A stretch of 45,398 bases of DNA from a virus (Duplodnaviria; Caudoviricetes), in the IMG/VR virus record IMGVR_UViG_3300020045_001946, positions 1 through 45,398 of that record; one strand, written 5' to 3'. This document shows positions 43,545 through 45,398 of the stretch, one piece after another (positions within the stretch are counted from its first letter, which is position 1; the number at the start of each line of letters is the position of its first letter). Both the position numbers and the translations under genes were made by a program. The notes beneath the pieces were generated by a model. It ran no database searches, was not told the origin of the DNA, and saw only the letters and a program-made list of their open reading frames with translations.

Positions 43545-45398
43545 ATGGCTAAATCACTAGAAGAAATATACGGAGTTAAGAAGAAGAGTCTTGCTGACAT
43601 CTATGGTGTAAAATCTTCTCCTATTAACTATGGTTCAATGGAACAAGCACAAACAGAAGGTGTTAAAGAATCTGTGGTTACAGGATTAGGATTAGCTAAA
43701 GATGTTATAACTTCTGCTGTAGAATTACCTACTGCTGTTGGTGGTGGAGCTATGAACGCTATTAGAGCAGGTGGTAGAGAACTAGGAATGAACACACCAG
43801 CTGTAACATCTAATAAATCATTGTTAGGTACTGACGTAGCTCCAATAGGATATAATGAACAAGGACAAGAACTTGGAGCATGGGATACAACTAAACAAGC
43901 TTTAGGTGCTGGATTAGAAGCCGCTTCTTATGCTGCTGTACCAGAACTTAAATTCTTAGCATCAGCAGGTAAAGCTACTCCTATATGGAAGCAATTAGCT
44001 TCTGGAAGCATTAAAGGTGGTGTTCAAGGTGCTGAATACTCAGGAGGTGAATCTCTTAGAACTAACCCACAGAACACAATGGAAGCTCTAAAGAATGCTG
44101 GTATAGGATTTGGTGGTGGTGCTGTACTTGGTGGTGGGTTATCAGGTGTAGGTGTAATAGCAGACAAGTGGACAGGAGCTTCTAAAGGACTTGCAACAAG
44201 GCTTGATAACGCTCCAGATGAGATGGCTCTACGTGCTGAACTAAGCACACCAGAAGGTCAGACTTATGTTAAGAGTTTAGGAGCTAAATCAGTAGATGAT
44301 TTGTATTCTAATTTAGATAATATGTATACTACGTTTAAAGACGGAGTAGAAGAATACTATGCTACTAATAACTCTAAAGCAAGAAAGATTACTGATAAGA
44401 CATCTAAGGAAGACCTAAATACAGTAATGCATTATGCTGCTGATACACCGTTTAAGATTGAAGGTGGTAAACTTAACACACTTAATACATCCAAGAAGAT
44501 ACTCGAAGACCAAACTAAAGTAGGTGAATCCATGAGTAGTATTATTGACGGAATGGAGATGGGTGGTATTGATACATCTGTGTCAAGAACAGACCTAGAA
44601 GGAATGGTACAAGCAGAGCTTGACAGAATTGCAAGCACACCAGGAGGTGCTACTGTAAATAAAGAACTAGCTATGAAGCAAGTTCGTAACATGATTGATA
44701 ACCAGGTAGGTAATAAAGACTTAGTTCCAATGAAGTCTCAACACACTCTCAAGGTATCAGCTAATGAAAGATTCCCGATTGACCCAGAGAAAAACACTAA
44801 AGAAGCAGCTGGAGAAGCTCTTGGTAATGCTATTAGAGCACATCAGGATAATATTGTACAACGTGGAGTAGAAGCTGGTTCTATTGACTCTACAGCACTC
44901 AAAGCATACACTGACCTAAACTCTGCTTGGGGTAAACTAGAAAGAGCTAAAGAAGCTACAGATATCCTAGCAAGAACAACTAAGACACCTAAAAGACCAG
45001 GTTATCTACCAGAAGTAATAGGAGGTATGGCTGCTGGTGGTTTTAACCCTTGGGTATACTTTGGAACACAGTTCGCTGTAAGAAAGATGCTAACTAATAT
45101 TGATGATGCTATATTACGTTCAAGATTTAGTACAGACGGAGTAAAAGCTACATCTAACACAGTAAAAGAACTGATTAAGAATGCAGAGAAAGCTAAGGCT
45201 GATATTGCTAGTCATATAGAGAACAAGACAGCACAACAACTGGAAGCTGATGCTTCACGTAAGTATGCAGAAGATGTAATTGCTAAACGTGGATTACCTA
45301 ATGTTCCAGAACCTGATACTTATAACCTAGGAGAGGATATTCAGATGGGTAACAAGCCAGTATCTAAGTACCAACAACCAAGTAATCTACCTGTTGCT
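43545..45398 (+). CDS. N-terminal part of the ~894-aa ejection protein (continues to 952)
   Basis: MAKSLEEIYGVKKKSLADIYG...; open to the window end; G/A-rich hydrophobic segments; missed by the ORF track. Confidence 0.85.
   Translation, partial: MAKSLEEIYGVKKKSLADIYGVKSSPINYGSMEQAQTEGVKESVVTGLGLAKDVITSAVELPTAVGGGAMNAIRAGGRELGMNTPAVTSNKSLLGTDVAPIGYNEQGQELGAWDTTKQALGAGLEAASYAAVPELKFLASAGKATPIWKQLASGSIKGGVQGAEYSGGESLRTNPQNTMEALKNAGIGFGGGAVLGGGLSGVGVIADKWTGASKGLATRLDNAPDEMALRAELSTPEGQTYVKSLGAKSVDDLYSNLDNMYTTFKDGVEEYYATNNSKARKITDKTSKEDLNTVMHYAADTPFKIEGGKLNTLNTSKKILEDQTKVGESMSSIIDGMEMGGIDTSVSRTDLEGMVQAELDRIASTPGGATVNKELAMKQVRNMIDNQVGNKDLVPMKSQHTLKVSANERFPIDPEKNTKEAAGEALGNAIRAHQDNIVQRGVEAGSIDSTALKAYTDLNSAWGKLERAKEATDILARTTKTPKRPGYLPEVIGGMAAGGFNPWVYFGTQFAVRKMLTNIDDAILRSRFSTDGVKATSNTVKELIKNAEKAKADIASHIENKTAQQLEADASRKYAEDVIAKRGLPNVPEPDTYNLGEDIQMGNKPVSKYQQPSNLPVA
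45278..45398. repeat. Terminal overlap, identical to 1-121
   Basis: Exact match. Confidence 0.97.

Noticed and set aside
374-44692. Opposite-strand ORFs in the track (e.g. 2352..2816, 13880..14188, 33303..33671, 34968..35393, 44024..44692)
   Set aside because: Antisense shadows of well-supported genes, with no motifs or expression signals
45278-45398. 121-bp terminal repeat as a biological direct terminal repeat
   Set aside because: It falls mid-ORF and its length fits an assembler k-mer overlap; it only shows circularity
1-45398. Stop-codon recoding (code 25 or 15)
   Set aside because: Genes are intact in code 11; TGA and TAG act as stops, with ATGA overlaps

Overview
This window appears to be a complete, circularly assembled, AT-rich podovirus-like phage genome of about 45,277 bp (bases 1-121 repeat exactly at 45278-45398). 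A minus-strand arm (about 1000-13660) carries an SLT transglycosylase, DnaB helicase, DNA methyltransferase, many small accessory genes, holin plus papain-like endolysin, a dATP/dGTP diphosphohydrolase, a DnaQ-like exonuclease, an HNH nuclease and a replication initiator with internal iterons. A plus-strand arm (13905 through the junction to 952) carries NinG, an initiator-type tRNA-Met, exonuclease/SSB, early genes, TerS, endonuclease VII, TerL, portal, scaffold, capsid, two fibre/adhesin cassettes, adaptor, nozzle and ejection proteins. No integrase, repressor, polymerase or CRISPR array was recognised. Sigma70-type promoters, many apparently leaderless starts and near absence of Shine-Dalgarno motifs suggest a CPR/Patescibacteria-like host (inference). 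The most unusual signals are non-coding: DnaA boxes fixed 8 bp upstream of the -35 element at five early/replication promoters; a ~310-nt multi-helix RNA with its own promoter between terS and terL; several other structured RNAs and switch-like leaders; and a self-contained two-gene zinc-finger cassette that, unlike the rest of the genome, uses strong SD sites. All calls come from manual motif reading and hand folding; no searches were run.
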